A DNA stretch of 63,670 nucleotides, filler included, from Octopus bimaculoides (lineage: Eukaryota): NCBI RefSeq assembly GCF_001194135.2. It is 8 parts of 8 records of this genome, joined end to end, with 100 filler letters (N's around TTAATTAATTAA, not from the genome) between each part and the next. Parts side by side here need not be neighbours in the genome. Positions count along the whole stretch, not along the records: positions 21,142 to 43,695 come from NC_069000.1; 7 more parts are not named here. One strand, written 5' to 3'. The notes under the pieces are model-generated. The model was not told the DNA's origin. It made no database searches and saw nothing but the letters and a program-made list of their open reading frames with translations. Of this stretch, positions 24,693-36,830 are shown piece by piece; the stretch's first letter is position 1; each line of letters starts with the position of its first letter. The position numbers and the translations under genes were made by a program.

Positions 24693-24778
24693 GAACCCTA
24701 ATGAAGGAAATATTATTCGATGGAGTTGAATATGGACTTTTCCTACAGTCCCTTATCTTCTGAAACGGCCGTAGGTTT
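24693..24778 (+). ncRNA. Type-I hammerhead-ribozyme-like motif with expanded helix II and a G5A core
   Basis: GAACC-CUAAUGA-AGGA[53-nt structured insert]UUCU-GAA-ACGGCCGU-A|GGUUU; helix I 5 bp; palindromic helix III. Confidence 0.6.
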
Positions 24779-25744
24779 TAACTGACTTTTACTTCCGTGC
24801 TTCTTAACTGACTTTTACCTTCATGGCATCTCGTATTACCGAACTCCGATTATTCTCTACACGTATCTACACACGTATACACAGTTTTTTCGTGTTATTA
24901 TATATATTAGTTCACTTACTTTTATACTGATTATTTTTATTATATATATTTTTAAACTTTTATTATTTTGTCATTATTTGAATTTCTAATATAAACATGT
25001 ACGCCATCCGAATCTTGTAAGTCGCTGTAAGCACGATTTCGTTTTCGGATGTAAAGTAATGACAACTGAAATCTTCTACAAAACAAAAAAGTTATATATA
25101 NNNNNNNNNNNNNNNNNNNNNNNNNNNNNNNNNNNNNNNNNNNNNNNNNNNNNNNNNNNNNNNNNNNNNNNNNNNNNNNNNNNNNNNNNNNNNNNNNNNN
25201 NNNNNNNNNNNNNNNNNNNNNNNNNNNNNNNNNNNNNNNNNNNNNNNNNNNNNNNNNNNNNNNNNNNNNNNNNNNNNNNNNNNNNNNNNNNNNNNNNNNN
25301 NNNNNNNNNNNNNNNNNNNNNNNNNNNNNNNNNNNNNNNNNNNNNNNNNNNNNNNNNNNNNNNNNNNNNNNNNNNNNNNNNNNNNNNNNNNNNNNNNNNN
25401 NNNNNNNNNNNNNNNNNNNNNNNNNNNNNNNNNNNNNNNNNNNNNNNNNNNNNNNNNNNNNNNNNNCCGCTAGGCGACTCTCAAACGCCTTGAAGTTGGA
25501 ACATAGTATACACAGCGATTAATTCTTTTCAAAAGCGGTATACTGTTCCCTTTCTTCACCATTTTTTTTTTCTTAGAGAAATTTATGTGGACACATCCAG
25601 GCGACTCCCACAAATATTTAGAAACGTTCTGAATCAAATTTAGTAATAGCTAATTTGAAAAAATCTTGAAATAACATGAAATACTTAAGAAATATTAGGT
25701 TTTCTTAATAAAGCACACAACTTCTATAAGATAAACGCATTTTT

Positions 25745-26130
25745 ATTTACAACAATATTTCCTATAGAACCATGTTGAAGGATTTTTGTCGAGGAAATTG
25801 GTGCTGATAGAAAATCTCATGAAGAAAGTCTTTGTACCATGAGTTACAAAAGACGAAAAGTTGATGTTTGTAAAGAACATAAGTAATTTTGGTGCAGAAT
25901 GTACCACATGGGGTGATTTTTTCTTCTTCACCTTCTTAACCTTTGTCTGCTTCTAGCATAACTTGAGCAATATTTGCCTTCACCTCTGTTGGAACATTGT
26001 CGTCAAAAATAGACAGAGTCACAGTTTCGGGAGCTAAGTAACAGAGATGTATGAGACATTTTTTTGCAGTAGTCTTACTGAATTCTGGATCAATATTCTG
26101 ATAATTGATCAGTTGACACATGAATTGGAA
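25745..26130 (-). pseudogene. DNA-transposase remnant (hAT-like/hATm-type, tentative)
   Basis: YQNIDPEFSKTTAKKCLIHLCYLAPETVTLSIFDDNV resembles the HLWYL..E...L..FDD motif; downstream FVT..T..FF....FLDKNPSTW in another frame. Confidence 0.55.
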
Positions 26131-26139
26131 ATCACGATA

Positions 26140-26540
26140 ACACACCACCACGCGCACACCAACACTGACCAATGCCCTTCCCCACATTTTCACACCTTCA
26201 CACCTACATACATGCATGCATACGTTAAGATCACCAGCATTCTCTCACACACACGCACTTTTGTTTTGGACTCACTAATTTTTGGTTATCTCCCCTTCTT
26301 CTTAACTCTCCTGTGTGAGCCTTCTTTCCGGCATTCACCATGATAGATCGCTGACCACTACACATATATTTTTTTCTCACCTTGTTTCTCTCCTTGTTTC
26401 TTTCTGTGTTCCTTTCTGTTGAAGAGCGTAGGCTCGGAACGTTAAAGATTTTCTCTATTCCCGAGCATTAAACTAATACATCCATTTGTTCTTTACACCA
26501 TATGTCATCGTCTGTTGTTTTTTCGTGAATTCTCCTATAT
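26140..26540 (+). mobile_element. Hammerhead-bearing non-coding repeat (PLE-type 3' end), copy A
   Basis: Aligns with 33184-33690(-) and 48615-48953(+): AAGATCACCAGC..TTATCTC.CC..CTCTCCTG..CCGAGC.T.A.ACTAATA.ATC. Confidence 0.75.
26411..26448 (+). ncRNA. Minimal type-I hammerhead-like motif, copy A (A6U plus A13G, probably inactive)
   Basis: CCUUU-CUGUUGA-A-GAGC GUAG GCUC-GGA-ACGU-U|AAAGA. Confidence 0.55.
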
Positions 26541-27404
26541 ATANNNNNNNNNNNNNNNNNNNNNNNNNNNNNNNNNNNNNNNNNNNNNNNNNNNNNNNNN
26601 NNNNNNNNNNNNNNNNNNNNNNNNNNNNNNNNNNNNNNNNNNNNNNNNNNNNNNNNNNNNNNNNNNNNNNNNNNNNNNNNNNNNNNNNNNNNNNNNNNNN
26701 NNNNNNNNNNNNNNNNNNNNNNNNNNNNNNNNNNNNNNNNNNNNNNNNNNNNNNNNNNNNNNNNNNNNNNNNNNNNNNNNNNNNNNNNNNNNNNNNNNNN
26801 NNNNNNNNNNNNNNNNNNNNNNNNNNNNNNNNNNNNNNNNNNNNNNNNNNNNNNNNNNNNNNNNNNNNNNNNNNNNNNNNNNNNNNNNNNNNNNNNNNNN
26901 NNNNNNNNNNNNNNNNNNNNNNNNNNNNNNNNNNNNNNNNNNNNNNNNNNNNNNNNNNNNNNNNNNNNNNNNNNNNNNNNNNNNNNNNNNNNNNNNNNNN
27001 NNNNNNNNNNNNNNNNNNNNNNNNNNNNNNNNNNNNNNNNNNNNNNNNNNNNNNNNNNNNNNNNNNNNNNNNNNNNNNNNNNNNNNNNNNNNNNNNNNNN
27101 NNNNNNNNNNNNNNNNNNNNNNNNNNNNNNNNNNNNNNNNNNNNNNNNNNNNNNNNNNNNNNNNNNNNNNNNNNNNNNNNNNNNNNNNNNNNNNNNNNNN
27201 NNNNNNNNNNNNNNNNNNNNNNATGACACTATATTACCTGAAAAACAACAGCATAAACAACAACGAAAAACATGAAGCAAAAAAAAATCGTATTATTGTA
27301 ACATCAAACAAAAACTACGATCTGGAATTATCGACATGAAGACGTTTTATATATCGAATATATACAAGTGTATGTGTGTGTGAGTGTATTTCTGTGAGTG
27401 TCTC

Positions 27405-27467
<63 letters not shown>

Positions 27468-27835
27468 GGGAGTGAGAGAGAGAGTGCGTACGTTTTAGCT
27501 TTTTGTTCTCATTTCTTTCTGTTTCAATTATGCCATTGTCTCGTTAATCTCCAGATATCGAATAATATATCACTTGATATTGTTAAATATCGATAATGGT
27601 TACACGTAGGTTATAAGAACTATAATAGCGTGTATATATATATATATATTGTATATATTGTTTGTATCGCAAAACATATTTACATACACATACACACACA
27701 TACGCCCACGTGCATGTACGTGCATGCACAAGTGTGTAAGCTAATAGAAGCCGGGTCAAGTAAGCATGCGCACATGTAGGTATACATCTGTACGTCTACA
27801 TGCGTCTATATATTCATACGTGTGTGCGTGTGTGT

Positions 27836-27881
<46 letters not shown>

Positions 27882-28506
27882 AGAGAAAGGGAGAGATACA
27901 GTCAGAGAAAATGCGTTAGAGAGTGAGATTGATAGGATTGATCTGTGCGTATATCTGCGTTTATAAACATATNNNNNNNNNNNNNNNNNNNNNNNNNNNN
28001 NNNNNNNNNNNNNNNNNNNNNNNNNNNNNNNNNNNNNNNNNNNNNNNNNNNNNNNNNNNNNNNNNNNNNNNNNNNNNNNNNNNNNNNNNNNNNNNNNNNN
28101 NNNNNNNNNNNNNNNNNNNNNNNNNNNNNNNNNNNNNNNNNNNNNNNNNNNNNNNNNNNNNNNNNNNNNNNNNNNNNNNNNNNNNNNNNNNNNNNNNNNN
28201 NNNNNNNNNNNNNNNNNNNNNNNNNNNNNNNNNNNNNNNNNNNNNNNNNNNNNNNNNNNNNNNNNNNNNNNNNNNNNNNNNNNNNNNNNNNNNNNNNNNN
28301 NNNNNNNNNNNNNNNNNNNNNNNNNNNNNNNNNNNNNNNNNNNNNNNNNNNNNNNNNNNNNNNNNNNNNNNNNNNNNNNNNNNNNNNNNNNNNNNNNNNN
28401 NNNNNNNNNNNNNNNNNNNNNNNNNNNNNNNNNNNNNNNNNNNNNNNNNNNNNNNNNNNNNNNNNNNNNNNNNNNNNNNNNNNNNNNNNNNNNNNNNNNN
28501 NNNNNN

Positions 28507-28554
<48 letters not shown>

Positions 28555-29329
28555 ATGTAAGTGTGTAGGACGCGTCCTATCTGCGTGACATATTCCCATT
28601 GTTAAAGTTATGGTATCGAGTTCTCAGCATCTTATTATATCTTTTCATTCACTCAGTATGAAGGGTTGTTATCATTTTGTTTTTCGTAGTTTACGCACAG
28701 AACTTCTCAAACACACCTTCCAGCACATATACAAGCGTTTGTGTTCGTGTACCAGCGTATGAGTGTGTTTGTCTGCAGTTCTCTAGGCATTGCTCTTTGG
28801 TTAAGTCTTTCATTACTCTACAACTTCCTTTCCCTGGAGCGGAATATGGCTCTTATGCCTAACATTATGATGTCGGAGTGGCGTGAAATTAGGAAATTAT
28901 AATTTTACGGTAGTAGTGAAAAAAGAAATTCTTTTTTATAAACATATCTTATATTTCCGGCCTTTACTGCACACCATGCAGTAAAACTCATTGCATTTTA
29001 TGTCTCACAGTGGTTCTTGTTTTCCTATGGACTGAATTAATATTTTCTGTAAGAAATATGTATATATTAACTCTTCACACGTTCTAGCAAACATATTAGT
29101 CATCAACAATTAGTTTGGTGTTAGTTGAATCCTCTAAACAGGAATCAACACTGAGATGCATTAATAGGAAGTTTCTACGTATAATCATTTATTCTGCTTG
29201 TTTTAATGAATGTACTGCGCACATGCAGAGTTAGTCGATCAATTGTCCCCAAAATTTAATTTTGTCCAAACAGTTTTATTGCAGGGGATGTAAATAACCC
29301 AAACACCGTTTGACAGGTGATATGAGGGC

Positions 29330-29522
29330 AAACGTAAAGTCATGTACGCACATTATAGTTTATAACCGTGACGGGCTTCCGCGCAATTTCAGTCCACCAA
29401 ATTTACTCACGTTTTGCTTGTTTGAGACTGCAGCAGTGAAAGATATTTACGCAAGCCGCCACGCTGTGAGACTTGACCAAACCAAATGGCTGCAAAGCGA
29501 ACTTCTTCACCACATAGCCACA
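29330..29522 (-). mobile_element. Old, decayed SINE family A head
   Basis: GACGGGCTTC..ACCAAATT.ACTCAC..GCCACGCTGTG.GAC..CTTC.CCACA.AGCCAC. Confidence 0.55.
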
Positions 29523-29706
29523 ACGGTGTTTAAAGCGATCCATGTGTGTATTGACCGATTATAAGTACAGTTTAAAATCGATTCATTTTTTTCGGGGATA
29601 TTCTCTATAGGTCGCGTGTACAAACTTTTAAAGATCTTAATTTAAAATGCAGATTTAGTTCGAGTCAGTCAAAAATGTCGAAATGCAAAATTAAATTTAT
29701 ATTTAA

Positions 29707-29844
29707 CCCTTTGAGCCCTTACCTCATCAACCTCATTTGACCATATGCCTGGCACTCCACCAGTGCTACGGTACAGAGCGGTGCTACAGTATAGAGGTCA
29801 ATAAAGCCATCCACCGGTAAACCGGTGTTACGGGGGTCACAGGG
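29707..29844. mobile_element. piggyBac-type MITE, 138 bp
   Basis: TTAA|CCCTTTGAGCCC ... GGGGTCACAGGG|TTAA; termini match 10/12; TTAA target duplication. Confidence 0.7.
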
Positions 29845-30559
29845 TTAAAATTACAATCAGAGATAGTGAGCTAATTCGTGCCCTAAGGATAATTAGCATG
29901 TGACGAAAATTAAGACAGTGGATTGGTGAAGACGGAGGAATATTTGATCAAAAGCTCAAATTGTAGCATTTTATTTTGACTCCTTACATCTTTGTTCAAT
30001 TCCTGCTGAGGTCGACTTAACCTTTTAACATCCCGACGTTAAAATGAAGTATTTTTGAAAGTACCAACCGATTTAATCGGCTAACACCTTTCAAGTAAAT
30101 TGCAGGTAAGTTATAGGTAAATATTCGATGCAAATGTTTAAGGATTGGCGGACGACTTTAAATAAATAAGAGCAGGCGAGAAAATTATTTATAGACAGTG
30201 TTAAGCATACAAAGATGAAAAAAGATGAACGATCTAATCAGTTGTGATGAAAGAAGTGAGCTGAAACAAGCAAAATGAAGACGAATAAAACATTGATTGG
30301 CTAATAGGAAAACTAAGGAAGGATATTAATGCAGCAAACATTACACAGATTGACGGACGATGCAGAGAACAAATATAAATAATTCATAGAAGAAATAAAT
30401 CCAGAAAATCATAGAACAAATCATTAACGATGTAACTAAAGAATGGGGGTAGTTAAATGTGAAATCGTTGCAGATAAATACAACCAACAACTAATCAAAG
30501 CAAATGAAGTATGAGAACGTCAGAGAGAATACTATGAGGTCGAAAGTAAGGTGTAAAAA

Positions 30560-31075
30560 TAATTAAGACAGAAAATTCTGTTTGATATCGAACAAGAACT
30601 AGAAATCACTTCAGAAGAATTTACACAGGCAATTAAGGAACTAAAATGGTTTAAATACCCCAGAACACATTACAGTAATGTATAGGGTTGTTAAAACTGG
30701 GAGATGGTATGTAAATGTGGGTCTTTCTAAAATTGGTATAAATTGTGTTTTACGAAGAGGAAAACCACTCCGTCAATTGACAGAATTATTTGTTATACGA
30801 TGACTACAGAATGGAAAATACAATAAAATGAAATATTAACGGTATAATTAGTTTAATTACCAGCTATTTCCAGGTGATACTTTTCTGTGTTTTACTTGCT
30901 CGAATAAACCCAGCGATAAAATGGCGATTTTATGATGGCATCGTATTGTTTCCAAGAAGGAAGAGAAATTGTTCAGAGATTTTGCAATGGCTGACTGTTA
31001 AAATTCTCGGAAGAGAAGTCGGGATTTTATCACAATTTTACTGACGATAAAGAGAAGCGTTTGACAATGTCTGAT
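30560..31075 (+). pseudogene. Highly decayed non-LTR (RTE-like) reverse-transcriptase fragment
   Basis: EITSEEFTQAIKELK, an NY.GISL-like segment, Q.CFQEGR and AFDNV occur in the expected order across frameshifts. Confidence 0.5.
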
Positions 31076-31461
31076 ATGGAACCCCATATTTTCAGACTCT
31101 CATTCTATAATTATTTCTTTATTCATCCTTTGAATTTTATGTTTTGAATGGCACAAGGTAGTGTAATTGGTACCAGGTTCTCCATAACTAAGTCACTGCT
31201 TACCTGCATTTCTGCTGACCAGGAAATAAAGGAAGTGTCCACAACTAGGTGCAGAGAATTTATCGTTCTGTACTTCGTTCATAAAAGACGCTTTTCTAAG
31301 ATTTCACTTGTACATATACTTCGTCGACGAATAAATATGATGAAAGATTCACTCAATCTAACACAGCTACAAACATGATCACATACATACAAACGATTAT
31401 ATATATATATATATATATTTGTTTTGCAAGATTTTTGATGTGAAATCGTGTGTTGAAACAG

Positions 31462-31631
31462 ATGTTGTTGTACTTGGGGATGGTCATATTGCCAGTTTAG
31501 CCAATAAAAACACACGCAATAAGATTAAGATTAATGTAATATAAAGCTGAAGCAAATTAACACCAAATATACAGTGCGTGTGTTTTTATTGGCTAAACTG
31601 GCAATATGACCATCCCCAAGTACAACAACAT
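31462..31631. repeat. Perfect 57-bp inverted repeat (31462-31518 / 31575-31631) with a 56-bp spacer, abutting an N gap
   Basis: Arms checked base by base. Confidence 0.9.
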
Positions 31632-32251
31632 NNNNNNNNNNNNNNNNNNNNNNNNNNNNNNNNNNNNNNNNNNNNNNNNNNNNNNNNNNNNNNNNNNNNN
31701 NNNNNNNNNNNNNNNNNNNNNNNNNNNNNNNNNNNNNNNNNNNNNNNNNNNNNNNNNNNNNNNNNNNNNNNNNNNNNNNNNNNNNNNNNNNNNNNNNNNN
31801 NNNNNNNNNNNNNNNNNNNNNNNNNNNNNNNNNNNNNNNNNNNNNNNNNNNNNNNNNNNNNNNNNNNNNNNNNNNNNNNNNNNNNNNNNNNNNNNNNNNN
31901 NNNNNNNNNNNNNNNNNNNNNNNNNNNNNNNNNNNNNNNNNNNNNNNNNNNNNNNNNNNNNNNNNNNNNNNNNNNNNNNNNNNNNNNNNNNNNNNNNNNN
32001 NNNNNNNNNNNNNNNNNNNNNNNNNNNNNNNNNNNNNNNNNNNNNNNNNNNTATATATGTATATATATGCATGTATGAGTGTGCGTATGTACTTACATGT
32101 ACATAAAAATACATATGCATTTATACATTCCCAGACGTACATATGTGAATATGTACAATTGCATATATATGTGTGTGTGTGAATATATATATATATGTTG
32201 AAAGATGAATCGATAAAAATGTTCTCCATATCAAGGATATATATCTTTGAA

Positions 32252-32289
<38 letters not shown>

Positions 32290-32654
32290 CCGTAACAGAC
32301 ACAACTTTTGTGGAGCACGCTGGTACAATTCTATGGTTGCGGTGCGTAAAATCGGTAGAGTTTTGATGACATTTTTGGTTCGCTGCAGGCCTGCTTCTTT
32401 TTTACCCGAAATTCTCTTCTTACACTTCCATTGCTCAGCCATTGAACTCTTTCTTTGAACCTATAGAAATTTAAGATCAAATATATTAAACATGAGTCAC
32501 ATGTATGAATTCATAAGCAATCATGTGATGGCATAAATGTCTTTATTCATCGAACACAAGTCTATGTTCACATTGTGTTAACAGAGAAGACTTTATGAAA
32601 AGAACTTTTTTGCGCAGCTTGAACAGAAATGTGTGAAAGACATATATACATTCT

Positions 32655-32781
<127 letters not shown>

Positions 32782-32829
32782 ATATATATATGTATGTGTG
32801 TATGTATGTATGTATGTATGAATTATATA

Positions 32830-33178
32830 CAGTGATACCTCGCAGTACGAGTTTAATTCATTCCATGACAGAACTCGTCTTACGATTTACTCGTTTCACA
32901 AATCAATTTTTTCCATTGAAATTAACTAAAATATAATTAACCTGTTCCAGCCCCATAGAATCACTGAAAAATATCTTTTTATGGATTTTAAAATAGAAAA
33001 AGGTATAGTTACAAGTAAAATGACAATTATAAAGAGAGATTGCAAAAGCAATGTGTAAATTGGTCTTATTAACTGAATTACCTTAAAGATGGGACGATTT
33101 GTATGCTCGTACTGCGGAATTCGGCTCGTACAGCAAATTACTCGTACAATGATCCTCTCGTACAGCGAGGTTTTGCTA
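32830..33178. mobile_element. pogo/Tigger-type MITE
   Basis: TA|CAGTGATACCTCGCAGTACGAG ... CTCGTACAGCGAGGTTTTGCTA|TA; subterminal CTCGTAC repeats. Confidence 0.7.
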
Positions 33179-33183
33179 TATAT

Positions 33184-33690
33184 AGAGAGAATTTACGAAA
33201 AAGCGAAAGAAAAAAGCAAAAGACGAAGACGGGTGTGTAAACAACAGACAGATGTATTAGTTTAACGCTCGGGAAGTGAGAAAGTCTTTTACGTTTCGTG
33301 CCCATACTCTTCGACAGAGATGAACACAGAAATAAACAGGGAGAGAAAATAGAAAAAGTTTAGTGGCTAGCGATCTATCATGGCGAATGCCGGACAGAGG
33401 GTTCACACAGGAGAGCTAAGAGGAAGGAGAGATAATAAAGAAGAGGTGATCCCCAAACTAAGGTGCGCGTACGTGTGAATGTGAGAGCGTGTATGTACGT
33501 GTGGAAAGGGGCTGGTGATCTTGACGTGCGTGTGTGTGCATGTGCAGGTGTGTGTATGATGGTGTAGCTGTTGGGAAGTGGTCAGTGCTAGCGTATGCGG
33601 GGTGGTGTTTTGTGGTGTGTTGTGGTGTGGTGTAGTATGGTAGTGTGTGGAGTAGTGGTGTGGTGTGGTGGTGTTGGGGTGTGTATATAT
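33184..33690 (-). mobile_element. Hammerhead-bearing non-coding repeat (PLE-type 3' end), copy B
   Basis: Reverse complement aligns to copies A and C; CAC-rich 5' part. Confidence 0.75.
33285..33322 (-). ncRNA. Minimal type-I hammerhead-like motif, copy B (A6U; helices I and II decayed)
   Basis: CAUCU-CUGUCGA-A-GAGU AUGG GCAC-GAA-ACGU-A|AAAGA. Confidence 0.5.
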
Positions 33691-36159
33691 AAATATATAT
33701 ANNNNNNNNNNNNNNNNNNNNNNNNNNNNNNNNNNNNNNNNNNNNNNNNNNNNNNNNNNNNNNNNNNNNATATATATATATATATATATATACATACAAA
33801 TGTGCATGTATATGTAAACTAAGAGCACAATCTGAAAGAGGACAACTCAACTATTGCGTTTATCGCAATATTTTTTGATAATTATTCTTGCATGATAATT
33901 TCCATAAATTAGGTTGTTTCAATATCAAATATTCACGTGTTCTGTCTCTGTCCTTATTCCCGTGGCAACACAATAATTATGGAAATATCGTTGCATGCAG
34001 AAATCAACCTCATACAAATCCCATTCTAAAACTATCCCTATCGTACGAAAGCATTTGTTACTTAAACAATATTCTCTGAAATGGCTATCACGTGAAAAGA
34101 ATTGCAGCTTCGTAAGAAATACTCTTTAGATAAAAAAAATTCAAAAATCCAAAGGATTAGTTGTTATGCAGAAAGAAGAAAATGTTTCGAATCATGAATA
34201 CAAGGTGATAGGATTTCTTTTCTCTCATTCGAACCATTACTGTCTTTGGTCGTAATTCTTATTTTGTTGCTCAGATACCACACATTTGGCACGTTTTATT
34301 TGAACTTACCATTCCCAAATTATTGTGCTGTACCAAAGACAGCCTAAGTACATTTCGAATTCGTGCGGTCAAGTCTCACATAAGAATCATATACATTTTG
34401 ATAAAGCCGGAACACATTTTCTGTCACGTTTGACAAATGAATATTTATGCTTTGAGTATCGATTTTTGAATATGAATTCAGACGCCCGATATATACTTTC
34501 GGTTCATTTCAGTTCATTGCTGCTAAATAACGCAATATGATTCTCTGTTATAATAAATGACTTTTACAAATAGAAACGTGAGTTCATATTTGGAGAAGGC
34601 GACTCTTTCACCTGCATTATATCTTAATTAATCAATTCTGTTTACGATTTCTCGAACATAACACAAGCAGCTGTCTTTTATTGTTGTATTAGCAAGTATT
34701 ATACAGCTGGTACATGAGGAGAACGACTCGACGTGATAATATATTCTCATATTGTTACTAGTATGAGTATTAAGTTTAAGGTAATGTCATTCAAAAGGTA
34801 GAACATCTGTTAAAATGTTATTACCTACATATTCCCGATCTATACGTTTTGTGTTCAAATCTGGCCGAGATCGACTTCGTTTTTTATTCTTCGAATGTCA
34901 AAAGTTAAATTGCTAGCAAGTCTGGTGTTGATTTGAAGAGCTGTCTCCTCACGCAAAACATCTGATTTTGTGATAATCTTAGACTATCATGAATATCATA
35001 TATTCTTGTATATAATATGCCATATATTCTTGTATATATTTGTATTCCTGTATAAATTAGAGTGTCTGTACTCATCATATGACGAGAAACTTTCGGAGCA
35101 TACTTTTGCCATCATGTCAGGAAATATGGCATACATAATTTAACTTTTATCAATAAAATATGACATACATAATTTAACTTTTATCAATTTTCTTGCTGTT
35201 TGTACAAAATGATGAAATGAATAGCAATTTTCAAATAAAAATATTTGTTACCTTAAAATGAAGTAAAAGTAATCAAATTTCTGATCTCTCTACCTCCTAC
35301 CGTAACTACTCTATCACTTACTCCCACATCTCCGCCTCTCTTTCTATTATACTTTCTCACCATCTGTAGCGTTCTTACACTTCTGACCTTCCGCCAAACC
35401 ATGCAGGTGCATTCATACTGCCCCACTTCTGTTATCTCTGTCTGTATCGCTCTTTTACTCTGTCTGTATATCTCTCATTCCTTTGTATATATATATATAT
35501 ATATNNNNNNNNNNNNNNNNNNNNNNNNNNNNNNNNNNNNNNNNNNNNNNNNNNNNNNNNNNNNNNNNNNNNNNNNNNNNNNNNNNNNNNNNNNNNNNNN
35601 NNNNNNNNNNNNNNNNNNNNNNNNNNNNNNNNNNNNNNNNNNNNNNNNNNNNNNNNNNNNNNNNNNNNNNNNNNNNNNNNNNNNNNNNNNNNNNNNNNNN
35701 NNNNNNNNNNNNNNNNNNNNNNNNNNNNNNNNNNNNNNNNNNNNNNNNNNNNNNNNNNNNNNNNNNNNNNNNNNNNNNNNNNNNNNNNNNNNNNNNNNNN
35801 NATATGCTTTTACTCATTCCATCTATTTTATTAATACTGTTACCCCAACATCCACTACGAAGTCCATGCAATAAAGCTACGGATAACAACGAGTAGTCAA
35901 AGCCATGCGCGTGCTTTACTCATCATCTATTTATACATTTTGTATAATTTCTCCATTATATGTACACCCAACGACGATAATTTTTATCAGCTCTTCGATA
36001 GCAACCAACAAAGTGATACCTTTGTAAGTGTCTCAGCACCTCAACTAGTAAGGATAATTGCGTTCATTCTTTGAACTTTAGTAAGAGGTTCAATACCTCC
36101 TTTTGTGTTTTTGAGAAAAAGAGAACAATGTTTTCGGGAAGTAGCAATCGGCGGGCGTT

Positions 36160-36501
36160 GTCTGCTTTCCCTACCAACCATCGTTTCTTCTTTTCATTCC
36201 ATTATCATTTATGTCTTTGTCCAGCTCGCACCTACATCTTTGTAAAGCTGTGTGGCCAATTTATGAAATAAAGGATACCTTCAGCTATCAAAGAATAATT
36301 CTAAATGCGTTAGAAGAATTTATCGATTCTAAGATACCGAAATTTTATGGTAACAGAATAAATATGCTAGTTTCGTGTTGGCAAATTTCATATGTGGTCT
36401 GTAATAGTTATTATTTCGATGAATACAATTTATTCAGTGATAATATATACTGCTTTAATGTTGATGCTTAAAAACAGCAATTATTTTTGTAGCAACCAGA
36501 T
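36160..36501 (+). pseudogene. mariner transposase C-terminal remnant with right TIR
   Basis: NALEEFIDSKIPKFYGNRINMLVSCWQ..CNSYYFDE fits the mariner C-terminus; TIR-like AAAACAGCAATTATTTTTGTAGCAACC at 36471-36497. Confidence 0.75.
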
Positions 36502-36529
36502 GTTTTCAGTAACCAATCGTTATTAGCAA

Positions 36530-36830
36530 TCTATCCAAGCTTATAGAGGTGCTGTGGGTTATGCCATGTGTACCAATTACAAATAGAATGATAGACACAT
36601 TTTTTAATTGCTATGACAGTTTTATATCAACAGCACAATCGATGTCTTTTGACAGCTTTTCAGCTCGATCGTACTCGACATTATAATTACTTGATATTGC
36701 TATATCGATAATTAACAGACTATTGTCATTCTGCTGTGGAATATAATAACTGGCTTGTAACATGGAATCCGTATGTTGCAGCTCCAAATATCTTTATCCC
36801 GGAAAATCTGAAACTTAGAGTAACCTGAAC
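36530..36830 (-). pseudogene. Decayed R4/Dong-like restriction-like endonuclease fragment
   Basis: KPVIIF../LIIDIAISSNYNVEYDRAEKLSK..DIK../KNVSIILFVIGTHG across frameshifts. Confidence 0.6.
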
